A stretch of DNA of 64,000 nucleotides, from the sequence record PX068454.1; one strand, written 5' to 3'. Source of the stretch: a phage. A program made the position numbers and the translations under genes. A model generated the notes under the pieces. It did no database searches and was not told the origin of the DNA. It saw only the letters and a program-made list of their open reading frames with translations. How positions within the stretch are numbered: the stretch's first letter is position 1; each line of letters opens with the position of its first letter. Of the stretch, positions 1-8,612 are shown piece by piece.

Positions 1-124
1 GGCGGACGAAATGGGAATACTTCTCATTCTTATAACAATTCTCAAATATCAAGGCAGTGAGGCAAATTAATAGGTGAGGCCGTTCACACAGTGGCACAAC
101 ATTTGCAACCTATCTTGTGTGGAG

Positions 125-163
125 GAATGAGAATACCTATCATTGTGAGAACCATTATCATTA
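125..163. promoter_or_regulatory. operator-like motif (AATGAGAA..ATCATT / GAGAACCATTATCATT)
   Basis: Read directly; related copies at 11831-11857 and 11971-11987. Confidence 0.3.
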
Positions 164-454
164 CGGGCAATTTAACATAATACCCATTATGCGCACCACT
201 GGCGATACATACAGGGATTGATAACATGAGTTACTGTTTACGCATATAACAATTATATTTCTTACTATTTGTGTGGGATATAGTTAGCAACCAATAGATT
301 AGATATTGACCTGCAGACTTCTGACCGTCCAGACGTCTAAACGCCCACACACCAAGGGTTATACATACATTCCTGAATGTAAACAGGGCCGCAAAAATGC
401 TACCATACCAGTTTGTAAATTTTTCATGCAGCACTTGACAAAGAGGAGAAAAAC

Positions 455-565
455 TTGTCTGACACAATGTGACAAAATTGTCACTTTTGCCACTTTTACC
501 TTTGACACAATGTCACACAATATGCCATAATCTGACACCTTATACACTTTCGACACAATAACGAC
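455..565. repeat. cluster of GACACAAT(G) repeats with inverted repeat GTGACA-aaat-TGTCAC
   Basis: Four GACACAAT-like copies (461, 504, 534, 552) and palindrome at 469-484; no credible ORF. Confidence 0.5.
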
Positions 566-589
566 TGTTATTATTTCATGTTTCATTGT

Positions 590-660
590 TCACGTATAGA
601 CTATTCCCGCATAGACTGTTTACGCCTGGATAGTTTACACCTTGACAGTTTACACAAAGA
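590..660. repeat. direct repeats ATAGACT and (A)GTTTACAC
   Basis: gtttacgcc, agtttacacc, agtttacaca within 40 nt; further copies near 1048 and 1100. Confidence 0.45.
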
Positions 661-667
661 TGATAAG

Positions 668-910
668 CCATGACATTCGTTTGCATGATAACAATTAACA
701 AGTTAATAATATATGACATAATATAAAAGCAGGGCAACTATTAGCAGATCTATAGTTGCCTTGCTTGTTATGTCATGATTAACTAAATACAAGGCAACTA
801 TGATCTGATTAATAGATTGCAGACAAACTATCACGGGGGTGATGGTTACTGCTTTTATATTATGTCGCGACTCCGTCGCGCCATGCCATTCGTTTGCATA
901 GTTGCCTTAT
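668..910. repeat. direct and inverted repeat complex (candidate origin or packaging-site region)
   Basis: 20-nt direct repeat CCATG(A/C)CATTCGTTTGCAT at 668-687 and 881-900; inverted repeat GACATAATATAAAAGC (715-730) with GCTTTTATATTATGTC (851-866); palindrome around GCAGGGCAACTAT / ATAGTTGCCTTGC (730-765). Confidence 0.5.
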
Positions 911-1511
911 TGTTACAGGTAAAACAATTACATTATTAATTATTTCTTATCTTTCTCTTAGTCATCTAATGATTCCAGTCAGTATAGTAATGTACAGTAA
1001 ACATTAGACGACTAAAGATTTCTCTGTGTATAATAACTTATCGTGACAATTTCGAACTGTTTACGAAAAATGTTGACACCTGAGCTGATTTATGTTATGC
1101 AGTTTACACGAATAATTATTTTATGCAGGTATTGACTATTCCGTTATTCTGTGGTTGGAATAAATACTTTGCAGACTATAGAATGGCGTGCGTACGTGAA
1201 TTCTGAGATCTGGCGGCTATAGTTATACTCGATTTTTCGCGTAGAACACGCTTTCGATGCTGTGTAAGTGTATGACTTATAAAGGTTTTTAGTTGTTGAC
1301 AAGATATTGGAGATGTGCATCAGGTTAAAATTTGTGCAATAGCGGCATTACGTGCACTTTTGGGAGAGAAAACGGGTAAAAATGGCCCTGCTACCACACA
1401 ATGAAAGATTATGCAATAGTTATTTTCCATGTATATTTGTACAGTATGTGGGATTGATGGCTAGTCAATTATTCCACTTGCCAGGTAGGGCCGTTTATGG
1501 TAGGAGAAGAG

Positions 1512-1543
1512 CAGACAAAAAGAAAGGGGCCTTTAAGCCCCTT
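1512..1543 (-). terminator. rho-independent terminator
   Basis: Hairpin GGGGC-N-GCCCC followed on minus strand by TTTCTTTTTGT, just downstream of CDS 1562-1981. Confidence 0.55.
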
Positions 1544-1561
1544 GATAATTCAGTTAAGAAA

Positions 1562-1981
1562 TTATAATGATTCGTATATTTCAAAAATCCGATTTGCCAG
1601 GTCGTTACGGTAGCGGAATTTTTCCTCACGTTTGATCATCAGATCTTTAAAGCCATATTCTTTAAGCACTTCATTAACTTTATGGCGGCACACCTTCATA
1701 TTATCTTGAGCGTCACCAATAAACTTGTTGCTGTGGTGCATTGCTTTAATTTCTTCTTCCAGGACCAGGGCAACTACCCGGACCGGATCAAGCTGGTAGG
1801 CGGTAACATCGATGCGGCATTGTAGACGGCTTTTTACGTCTGCCACCGGATATACTGCAACCTCTTCCCCGTCAACATTGACAATAACTAGTTTACCATC
1901 GATTTCGAATCCTTTCGCCGCCGGACCGTGACAAAAAGCGTTATCAAAGCTACATGCCGGATTATTAGATTTAATGTTCAT
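1562..1981 (-). CDS. hypothetical protein (139 aa)
   Basis: ORF track; fits minus-strand operon; terminator downstream. Confidence 0.55.
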   Translation of the reverse strand: MNIKSNNPACSFDNAFCHGPAAKGFEIDGKLVIVNVDGEEVAVYPVADVKSRLQCRIDVTAYQLDPVRVVALVLEEEIKAMHHSNKFIGDAQDNMKVCRHKVNEVLKEYGFKDLMIKREEKFRYRNDLANRIFEIYESL

Positions 1982-2125
1982 GGTGTTTTTACCTCTTAGT
2001 TAATTTTCTTACAACTTCCCTTCAAAAAAGAATATAGCAAAACTGCCGATCCCTGTCAACCAAGGATGGCATAATTTTTATGTGATCAAGGGGCTTTATT
2101 GCCCCTGACCATGTAACTTGTTGTA

Positions 2126-2389
2126 TTATTTGTTATTCATCCAGTTTTCCCAAGCTGCCTGATAATCTGCCTCACTGCGGCGGATCTCTTCTTGCTCTTC
2201 AAGCCGGATCTCTTCTTCCAGGTACCCCAAGATATCGGCTTTTTTGGTCTGGCGTAACATCCAATCATCTTTTTTACGGGTAAAGATCTTATATGCTTTC
2301 TCGCAAACCTCTTTTTTGCTACCTTTTTGGACTTCAAGAACTTTGTAGGCCATGTACTGAACTAGTTTGAGCTGATCAAGACGTTTCAT
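2126..2389 (-). CDS. hypothetical protein (87 aa)
   Basis: ORF track; RBS-like sequence upstream. Confidence 0.5.
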   Translation of the reverse strand: MKRLDQLKLVQYMAYKVLEVQKGSKKEVCEKAYKIFTRKKDDWMLRQTKKADILGYLEEEIRLEEQEEIRRSEADYQAAWENWMNNK

Positions 2390-2451
2390 GATGTTTTTCC
2401 TCTTTATGTGGTTTTTGTTTAGTGGGCCTTTTGGCCCGTGTCATTATCTTA

Positions 2452-2724
2452 TTACTTACGGCGGCAGAATTCAAGCGTTTTTAATTGATAATCTTCCTCA
2501 GCCTGGAGTACAACCGCCTCGATCATTTCGTTGGCATTGGTGAAGCCATACCCTTGAGCGAACTCATCCGCGCCACCTTCGTGATCATGTTCTGCGTTCA
2601 TCGCTTCCACAAAATGGAATTCAAGATTATTGAGGTAAGGGCTTGATGTTCCGTCCTCTTTTTCGATGAGATCCCAGATAGCATTAAAACGTGATTCAAC
2701 TTCTTGATTAATCCAGCTTGACAT
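2452..2724 (-). CDS. hypothetical acidic protein (90 aa)
   Basis: ORF track; preceded by promoter 2779-2807 and 5' UTR hairpin 2754-2767. Confidence 0.55.
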   Translation of the reverse strand: MSSWINQEVESRFNAIWDLIEKEDGTSSPYLNNLEFHFVEAMNAEHDHEGGADEFAQGYGFTNANEMIEAVVLQAEEDYQLKTLEFCRRK

Positions 2725-2778
2725 AATGTTTTCCTCTCTTCTGGTTGTTGTGTGGGCACTTTTGCCCCTTCAAGATAA

Positions 2779-2807
2779 ATAATATCCCACCACCTGGCAG
2801 ATGTCAA
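2779..2807 (-). promoter_or_regulatory. sigma70-type promoter TTGACA-17-TATTAT
   Basis: Hexamers read on minus strand; GC hairpin at 2754-2767 in the predicted 5' UTR. Confidence 0.6.
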
Positions 2808-2830
2808 CGGTTTTTATAGTTTTTATATAA

Positions 2831-2878
2831 CAGGCACCCCCGGTGATTGTCTCCCCCCGTCGCCAGGTGCCTGCCGTG
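2831..2878 (-). repeat. conserved GC-rich element, copy C (core GGGGAGACAATCACCGGGGGTGCC)
   Basis: Near-identical core to copies at 11779-11816 and 11916-11957; flanking inverted repeat CAGGCACC/GGTGCCTG. Confidence 0.5.
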
Positions 2879-2887
2879 AAACAAGTA

Positions 2888-2919
2888 TAACAAAAAACAG
2901 GACCATTGCAAGCCCTGTT
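2888..2919 (-). terminator. rho-independent terminator
   Basis: Hairpin ACAGG-N11-CCTGT followed on minus strand by TTTTTTG; downstream of CDS 2936-3127. Confidence 0.55.
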
Positions 2920-2935
2920 TTGTAGTTTATAAGGA

Positions 2936-3127
2936 TTATATTTTTTCGCCTATGTAGTCCGGTCGGTTTTTCTCTGTCATGCGCTTTAGCAATTCTTGCA
3001 TGTTACTTATGGCTTGTAGTGTATCCCCTTCCAGGCTTGAATCGACATAATCAGGATCGTCTATGACCTTTCTATGATTATGATAACGCAGTACCGCCAA
3101 TACCTTTCTAACTTGTTCGATATTCAT
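2936..3127 (-). CDS. hypothetical protein (63 aa)
   Basis: ORF track. Confidence 0.5.
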   Translation of the reverse strand: MNIEQVRKVLAVLRYHNHRKVIDDPDYVDSSLEGDTLQAISNMQELLKRMTEKNRPDYIGEKI

Positions 3128-3139
3128 TTTTACCGCTCT

Positions 3140-3274
3140 TTAAAACAAGGTGCCAACCGTTTCCAATAGATCACTGACTACCAGGACAATACCGATCAGC
3201 ACATACCTAACCATAAGGAGAAAGAGCGCCAGCGATCCCGCCACAATCCCCAAGGTGATGATTATCTTTCTCAT
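3140..3274 (-). CDS. small hydrophobic membrane peptide (44 aa, not in ORF track)
   Basis: ATG 3 nt after stop of upstream gene; translation MRKIIITLGIVAGSLALFLLMVRYVLIGIVLVVSDLLETVGTLF. Confidence 0.35.
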   Translation of the reverse strand: MRKIIITLGIVAGSLALFLLMVRYVLIGIVLVVSDLLETVGTLF

Positions 3275-3276
3275 GG

Positions 3277-3561
3277 TTAACGGTTTACGTAAGTTTTCCC
3301 GTTTACGGTGATTGGCAGATCTTCCAGGTCTGGATCTTCCTTAAGGTCGCGAGCAAGCTCACCGCACCGGATACCCTCGAATCCGTAGTACTCTGTCGTG
3401 CCGTCCTTAAAAGTTTTAGCGGCAAGGCATAAGCGATAAGTGACCCCGATTCGATTGACGGCATGAATATCCGTTAGATTAACCTCTTTTGCCAGCTCTT
3501 TAGCCATTACAGGCGCATTAAGTCCAACAACCAGGGCAACCACTGCGATCATCTTTTTCAT
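3277..3561 (-). CDS. secreted protein with N-terminal signal peptide (94 aa)
   Basis: N-terminus MKKMIAVVALVVGLNAPVMA looks like a Sec signal peptide. Confidence 0.55.
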   Translation of the reverse strand: MKKMIAVVALVVGLNAPVMAKELAKEVNLTDIHAVNRIGVTYRLCLAAKTFKDGTTEYYGFEGIRCGELARDLKEDPDLEDLPITVNGKTYVNR

Positions 3562-3652
3562 TGTGTCTATCCTCTTTCTGCTACGTTTAAGGCGGCGGTA
3601 ACCGCCTGTTTATGCTTTATTGGTTAATTTTCAGGTATCTCTATAAATTAAA

Positions 3653-3868
3653 CTATGCTGTACGCTCAACTATAACAACGGTTTGAGGGATCTCACCTTC
3701 CACCACTATCAAGGCTTTTTTCTGCGTGATGGATATCTTTACCCGTTGCAGCGTGGCGGTGAAGTCTTTCATTTCGTCACGTGGTGTTTTAGTGCAATAC
3801 CAGATCTCAGGCTTGCCGATCTGCAAGTTGCGTAAAAATTCTGTTTTGCCTGTTTTGTTAGTGATCAT
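3653..3868 (-). CDS. hypothetical protein (71 aa)
   Basis: ORF track. Confidence 0.5.
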   Translation of the reverse strand: MITNKTGKTEFLRNLQIGKPEIWYCTKTPRDEMKDFTATLQRVKISITQKKALIVVEGEIPQTVVIVERTA

Positions 3869-3877
3869 TTGCCAACC

Positions 3878-3982
3878 TCACCCGATACCGTTGGAAGATA
3901 AGATCACATTAGCCATGGTTGCAATCAGGCCAATACCCAGGGCAATAACCAGGATCACCGCATCAATTAATTTCTGTTTCAT
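3878..3982 (-). CDS. small membrane peptide (34 aa, not in ORF track)
   Basis: RBS GAGGAA then ATG; translation MKQKLIDAVILVIALGIGLIATMANVILSSNGIG. Confidence 0.3.
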   Translation of the reverse strand: MKQKLIDAVILVIALGIGLIATMANVILSSNGIG

Positions 3983-4072
3983 TTTGTTTTCCTCTTCTTG
4001 TTCCAGGTGGCGGACCATTCCACCGCCTTATGTATTATGCTTTGTAAGATGGTTGTTTGTTTTCAAACTATT

Positions 4073-4252
4073 TTAACGATAATCATCGTACGCTTTATTA
4101 ACCTGGCGAATATAACATTCAAAAGCCAGATCAATAGATTTATATTCACGGATATACTCACCATAGGAAACCACATACATTTCTATAGCTTCCTCATATG
4201 CGAGGAGAATAGAATCCAAGCCTACGATCTCAGTCTTTGCAATAATAGCCAT
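4073..4252 (-). CDS. hypothetical protein (59 aa, not in ORF track)
   Basis: Manual translation MAIIAKTEIVGLDSILLAYEEAIEMYVVSYGEYIREYKSIDLAFECYIRQVNKAYDDYR fills an operon gap. Confidence 0.4.
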   Translation of the reverse strand: MAIIAKTEIVGLDSILLAYEEAIEMYVVSYGEYIREYKSIDLAFECYIRQVNKAYDDYR

Positions 4253-4323
4253 GATTTTTATCCTCTTTGTGGTTGGTGGGGCTTGCCCCTTTGATTTATA
4301 TACTACAGTCTTATATGGTCATG

Positions 4324-4557
4324 TCAACTATTTTCAAAAAATTTTTCTGCTGTGATATTTTTCCCGGTCGGATTGGCTACTTTTAAAATTCTATCATGCA
4401 CCGGACGCCCGAAAGAATAAGATCCGTATACAGTAAACCAATAATCGCCGTCAGGTTGTACTATTACCGCCGCATATGGTACGCCTTTTTCGTTTTTGCT
4501 GACAAAATAGATCACATTGCCATTAATAGCCTCAGCGCGTTTAATTTGTTCCATCAT
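4324..4557 (-). CDS. hypothetical protein (77 aa)
   Basis: ORF track; RBS GAGAGG upstream. Confidence 0.5.
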   Translation of the reverse strand: MMEQIKRAEAINGNVIYFVSKNEKGVPYAAVIVQPDGDYWFTVYGSYSFGRPVHDRILKVANPTGKNITAEKFFENS

Positions 4558-4611
4558 GATGATTTACCTCTCTTTATTTTCATAATTGGGGCCTTTTCGG
4601 CCCCGCCAGGT

Positions 4612-4896
4612 TTATTTATTGATAGCGTGCAGCGGGAAAGGTACGCCAGGTTGATAGATAACTTTTACAACCTCATCAGGGCAAAAGAAATTGCAGAATT
4701 CACCCTGATAAGCCTCATCCTCTTTTAATTCTTCATCAACATACTGGAAAAAGTAGTCAATGCTTGGATAATCCTGACCGGGATTATATTCAACCATGGT
4801 TAATAACAATTCTTGATCATTCCGTATGATATGCATACCAGCTTTTAAGTATTTGGCTTCCATTTCTACTACATCGCCAACGGTAACAATAGCCAT
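4612..4896 (-). CDS. hypothetical protein (94 aa)
   Basis: ORF track. Confidence 0.5.
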   Translation of the reverse strand: MAIVTVGDVVEMEAKYLKAGMHIIRNDQELLLTMVEYNPGQDYPSIDYFFQYVDEELKEDEAYQGEFCNFFCPDEVVKVIYQPGVPFPLHAINK

Positions 4897-4955
4897 GGTT
4901 TTAACTCCTATCTATCCGGTTAATGATTGGAGGCCTCCCCGCCCCCGACACCCTT

Positions 4956-4984
4956 TATTATCCATATTGTAGGACTTGATGCAA
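4956..4984 (-). promoter_or_regulatory. sigma70-type promoter TTGCAT-17-ATAATA
   Basis: Shares AATATGGATAATAA block with promoter at 6120-6148; GC hairpin downstream. Confidence 0.45.
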
Positions 4985-5101
4985 GTACTTCTTTAAAAAT
5001 TTTTTAAGCGCCTTGGGGGCCGCTGTAACGCCAAAATAATAAAGGCTATGCAACCGCATAGCCTTTATGTGATTATACCGCTGCAGGCCCTGCCAGGGGC
5101 C

Positions 5102-5452
5102 TTATTTTGCATTCTTTCCTATATTGCCGCTACGGTACCAGCGTTTACGGTGAAAATGGTAATAATCACCATCGGCATTAAACATCAGATGATTTTCAAT
5201 AGCCAGCTTACGAAGGTGGGCCGGATCTTGTTCCATTCTTGCCAGATTCTGGCGGCTGTTACGTAAGCGGATAAATTCCATATTCAGGCCGTTGATTGCA
5301 GCATGGATGTCAAAGTAACCACCTTTGAGACGTTCACGCATGGCGTTAAGCTCAACACAATATACAGATTTCTCACAAATCAAGGTATTAGCCAGGGCGC
5401 GGACCTGGGCAAGGGGGTTAAGCTCATTAAGGTAATATAGTTTTACTTTCAT
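5102..5452 (-). CDS. hypothetical protein (116 aa)
   Basis: ORF track. Confidence 0.55.
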   Translation of the reverse strand: MKVKLYYLNELNPLAQVRALANTLICEKSVYCVELNAMRERLKGGYFDIHAAINGLNMEFIRLRNSRQNLARMEQDPAHLRKLAIENHLMFNADGDYYHFHRKRWYRSGNIGKNAK

Positions 5453-5469
5453 AAAATCACCTGCTGAAA

Positions 5470-5790
5470 TTAGTTTGAGAAAACATCGTTCACAATAGCG
5501 ATCACAATGCCGCCCACCTTGTCACGGTCAACAATGCACAAATCACCATAGATCATGTGGTAGTCTGGATGATCTTTGACGGAATAGTCTATAAGTGTTT
5601 TCTTGTCATCCAGCTTACTAACTTCCATTCTCATAACGATATGAGAATCATCAAAGGCATTATTCCGAAAAGTCATAACCTGACCGCCAGGGCACCCGGT
5701 GATTTCCACCTCCACGCCGTCTACGATCTGACCATCAAAGAAATAAAGATTATTAGCCTGGATAAACATGATCATTACTCCTTTTTGCAC
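5470..5790 (-). CDS. hypothetical protein (106 aa)
   Basis: ORF track. Confidence 0.55.
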   Translation of the reverse strand: MQKGVMIMFIQANNLYFFDGQIVDGVEVEITGCPGGQVMTFRNNAFDDSHIVMRMEVSKLDDKKTLIDYSVKDHPDYHMIYGDLCIVDRDKVGGIVIAIVNDVFSN

Positions 5791-5860
5791 TGATTATTTT
5801 AACAGGGTTTAAATTTACTTTATTGATGGCCCTGGAGTCAAGGCCATCTAAAAATAAATT

Positions 5861-6061
5861 TTACAGGCCTACAATCTCTTTAATTCGTTTTACTGCTGCC
5901 TCAGCGCCTTGAGGGTAAAAATTATGGTAACCAATCACGCGAGTGATACTAATCGCCGTTTGATGATCTTCATAATCACCTTTAAAGATTTCTTGACCGT
6001 CAATCAGCACGGCAATTTTTTCTTCTTTTTTGAAGTTAATAACGCGGATATTGTTGCTCAT
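5861..6061 (-). CDS. hypothetical protein (66 aa)
   Basis: ORF track; promoter and 5' UTR hairpin upstream. Confidence 0.5.
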   Translation of the reverse strand: MSNNIRVINFKKEEKIAVLIDGQEIFKGDYEDHQTAISITRVIGYHNFYPQGAEAAVKRIKEIVGL

Positions 6062-6119
6062 TTTGTTTCTCCTTTTGGAACTTTGTCTATGCGGTGGGGA
6101 GTGTCTCCCCGTTGATTGT

Positions 6120-6148
6120 TATTATCCATATTCTGGATCGGATTGCAA
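6120..6148 (-). promoter_or_regulatory. sigma70-type promoter TTGCAA-17-ATAATA
   Basis: Followed by 5' UTR hairpin GGGGAG-N-CTCCCC at 6097-6111. Confidence 0.45.
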
Positions 6149-6157
6149 CACTCAGGG

Positions 6158-6199
6158 AGAAAAAAAAAATTGAAAAGTTAGGCCCCAGGGATCGGGGCC
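6158..6199 (-). terminator. rho-independent terminator
   Basis: Hairpin GGCCCCGATCCCTGGGGCC followed on minus strand by a T-rich run. Confidence 0.55.
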
Positions 6200-6203
6200 G
6201 TTA

Positions 6204-6323
6204 TCAGTTACTTACAGCGATAAAATACATCCCTACGCCTAACAATATTTCAAGGGCGATGATCTCAAGCCATACCATAACACGGCGCGCCTTATCGGTG
6301 CGGGGCTTATCCTTGGGTGTCAT
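6204..6323 (-). CDS. small membrane protein (39 aa, not in ORF track)
   Basis: Strong RBS GGAGGAAAGGGGGAG before ATG; hydrophobic core; ends immediately before terminator. Confidence 0.4.
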   Translation of the reverse strand: MTPKDKPRTDKARRVMVWLEIIALEILLGVGMYFIAVSN

Positions 6324-6343
6324 CGTCTCCCCCTTTCCTCCTG

Positions 6344-6583
6344 TTAGCAGTGACGTGGTTTGCAATGGCCCCCAGGAGTATTATCACCACGCACATTACA
6401 AGAAAAATTATCTCTGTCGTTGTTCGATCCATTGTTATAAAATTCCTTAAGATCAGGCCTGAAAATAAAGCTTTCGTTATTGAATCCATCCCGCCAGGCG
6501 GCTGGCTTCAAATCTTCACTAAAGGGGTTAATTAACGTGGCATTATTTAAACGGCTGGTCCACATATTTTCTATTCCTCTCAA
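6344..6583 (-). CDS. hypothetical protein (79 aa), uncertain
   Basis: ORF track; RBS GAGAGG; overlaps upstream gene; competes with ORF 6307-6489. Confidence 0.35.
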   Translation of the reverse strand: MRGIENMWTSRLNNATLINPFSEDLKPAAWRDGFNNESFIFRPDLKEFYNNGSNNDRDNFSCNVRGDNTPGGHCKPRHC

Positions 6584-6947
6584 ATAGGCGATCCGCCTCA
6601 GTTAAACAAATCTCATGGGCGTGATCTCTGGTTTTAGCTTCATCGAAAACCTGTTGTGCAAGGCTGCAACGTAGGGAGACTGGAAGATCACTATAATAGG
6701 CGTTGACAAACGTTTGAGCGTCGTACAGGTCTGAAAATACTTTACCCTTTCTATTATTCCCCTTGTCAACAATTGCAAGGATAACCAATACAATAGTTGC
6801 AACCACTCCCAGGAAAATAGATATAACAAACCATAGAAAAGCGGATCTACCCATCTTGCCAGCGATCCAGGCGTTGAACAAGGCAACTACTACAGCCAAA
6901 ATAATAAATTCCATTCTATGTACCTCTTTTGCAGTTCTGTTTAACAA
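6543..6947 (-). CDS. membrane protein (134 aa, two predicted TM helices)
   Basis: Hydrophobic segments FIILAVVVALFNAWIAG and FLWFVISIFLGVVATIVLVILAIV. Confidence 0.6.
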   Translation of the reverse strand: MLNRTAKEVHRMEFIILAVVVALFNAWIAGKMGRSAFLWFVISIFLGVVATIVLVILAIVDKGNNRKGKVFSDLYDAQTFVNAYYSDLPVSLRCSLAQQVFDEAKTRDHAHEICLTEADRLFERNRKYVDQPFK

Positions 6948-6978
6948 TAAGGCGGCAAATATGCCGCCTGTTACCTGA

Positions 6979-7359
6979 TTAAAAATTATCGCCGTAAATC
7001 TTTCCGCTTTCTGCCCACACCGCCACGCGGGGCATGTTATCCCATACGTCTTGTTTTAGATTTAACGCGTGCAATTCTTCTGTGGTGCTCATACCAGGCA
7101 CGGGCTGATTGTATACTGCAAAACGACCACCTGCATAATCATAAGCTAAAGTCAAATCGCACTGAATCATTTTCTTGATCATGGCGTTAAGCATAGCGTT
7201 AGCCGCGTACTGGTCACGTTTTAAAGGCAACTCTTTGATTAGTTTGCGATAGTTTTCGATATGGTCGCACACTGTTTCACGTGGAAGATCTTTCATATCT
7301 TCACGGAATGTAACCAGGTTAAACATAACGGTGTCAATAGCTTTAGTAGTGTTTTTCAT
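6979..7359 (-). CDS. hypothetical protein (126 aa)
   Basis: ORF track; promoter and hairpin upstream. Confidence 0.55.
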   Translation of the reverse strand: MKNTTKAIDTVMFNLVTFREDMKDLPRETVCDHIENYRKLIKELPLKRDQYAANAMLNAMIKKMIQCDLTLAYDYAGGRFAVYNQPVPGMSTTEELHALNLKQDVWDNMPRVAVWAESGKIYGDNF

Positions 7360-7414
7360 GATGTTTTCCTCTTTGTTTTGTGTGGGGGCAAGTCATCTCG
7401 CCCCCTTAAGTTTT

Positions 7415-7442
7415 AATATAGCAGGTTTTTAGATTATTGCAA
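7415..7442 (-). promoter_or_regulatory. sigma70-type promoter TTGCAA-16-TATATT
   Basis: Followed by 5' UTR hairpin GGGGGC-N-GCCCCC at 7384-7405. Confidence 0.5.
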
Positions 7443-7450
7443 CACTTTAT

Positions 7451-8074
7451 TTATGAAAAACTCATCTCCCCATATTCATCCACATCAAACCGCCAATCAT
7501 TGGCTTCAATAAGGCCGATCAGGTTTTCGGTAGTAAACTGTTCAAGATAGGCCTCCTCCAGGTCTACATAAACCTTGCGGGATAGCTCCCGTACCGTCTC
7601 GGTGATCAGCTCTTCCAGATCTTCCACTTTATTTTCTTGTTTTGCGGTCAGATCTAGCCAGGTAGTATCAATATATCCGCTTACAGTGTTTTCATGGCTG
7701 TAATGGCTGTACTTGTCGCGTTCAACACTGGCTGATAGTTCGCCATCGTGCATTGTGCCGAACAAGTGACGAATTGATCGGAACTTGGTCAGGGCCTTGA
7801 CTTTACGCAAGAATTTCTCTAAGTCTACATTTTCAGCACTAATTGACGCGCCATCGCCTTGACACCAAAAGCCGGACCAATGTACATCGGTATCTTCAAG
7901 GCCGTACTCTGGAAAAACTTGTTCTTTATAATATTCAATTACACTTTCTGCGAAAAAATCCTCTCCGCTGTGTTCTTCTCTTTCGCGGACCATTTCAATA
8001 GCTTTTTCTTTTTGTTCGTCGGTCAGCACGTCGAAAGATAAATTGCAACCTGTGGTAATGTTAACGGTAGTCAT
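7451..8074 (-). CDS. hypothetical acidic protein (207 aa)
   Basis: ORF track; promoter and hairpin upstream. Confidence 0.6.
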   Translation of the reverse strand: MTTVNITTGCNLSFDVLTDEQKEKAIEMVREREEHSGEDFFAESVIEYYKEQVFPEYGLEDTDVHWSGFWCQGDGASISAENVDLEKFLRKVKALTKFRSIRHLFGTMHDGELSASVERDKYSHYSHENTVSGYIDTTWLDLTAKQENKVEDLEELITETVRELSRKVYVDLEEAYLEQFTTENLIGLIEANDWRFDVDEYGEMSFS

Positions 8075-8131
8075 GATATTTTCTCCTATTTTCTTTGTTA
8101 GTGGCGGGAAGTTTTCCCGCCTGTGTGTTTA

Positions 8132-8159
8132 AGTATACTTATTGAGGCTTACTTGTCAA
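8132..8159 (-). promoter_or_regulatory. sigma70-type promoter TTGACA-16-TATACT
   Basis: Followed by 5' UTR hairpin GGCGGGAA-N-TTCCCGCC at 8103-8121. Confidence 0.6.
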
Positions 8160-8161
8160 CA

Positions 8162-8410
8162 CTATTTTTTTAAATTATTGTGGCGTAAAATGTTTAGAAT
8201 CTCTTCAACGTCATCAACACGGCGGCAATTTTTAAACGCTACCAATTGCCCCATGATTTTAATCACTGGGCGGCCTTGCCAGTGCCCCTGGAGAAAGCGC
8301 GCCTTGACTTTATCGGTGGAACTATCACGCCACCAAATGGCCTTGTTGTTGCAGTAGTAAAAATTATTCAGGACAACATCAACTTTATCAAAATTTTTTA
8401 ATTTACGCAT
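8162..8410 (-). CDS. hypothetical protein (82 aa)
   Basis: ORF track. Confidence 0.5.
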   Translation of the reverse strand: MRKLKNFDKVDVVLNNFYYCNNKAIWWRDSSTDKVKARFLQGHWQGRPVIKIMGQLVAFKNCRRVDDVEEILNILRHNNLKK

Positions 8411-8442
8411 GGCGTTTACTCCTTTCTCTCTTTGATGTGGTT

Positions 8443-8470
8443 AGTATAGCTAACCTGTTTAAGATGTCAA
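8443..8470 (-). promoter_or_regulatory. sigma70-type promoter TTGACA-16-TATACT
   Basis: Hexamers read on minus strand upstream of CDS 8162-8410. Confidence 0.55.
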
Positions 8471-8612
8471 GCTTTAAATAAAATCACTGTCAATGATATT
8501 TTTAACGCCATAAAACGGCCCTAAGCGATGTTTTCAGGTTAAAGGGGGGCGATTGCATAGGTGGGGCCTTTTTGGCGCTTACAGGGCCAACCAGGGGCGC
8601 TATTCGTAGGAT

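Noticed and set aside
231-586. Three overlapping ORFs (74-78 aa) in the left non-coding region
   Set aside because: They overlap each other on both strands, lack RBS, and coincide with dense repeats; most likely chance ORFs.
1352-1567. Plus-strand ORF of 71 aa
   Set aside because: No RBS, runs into the terminator hairpin, opposite to local transcription.
6307-6489. Minus-strand 60-aa ORF
   Set aside because: Overlaps the alternative 79-aa ORF in another frame and has a weaker start context; only one of the two can be real, so it is left uncalled.
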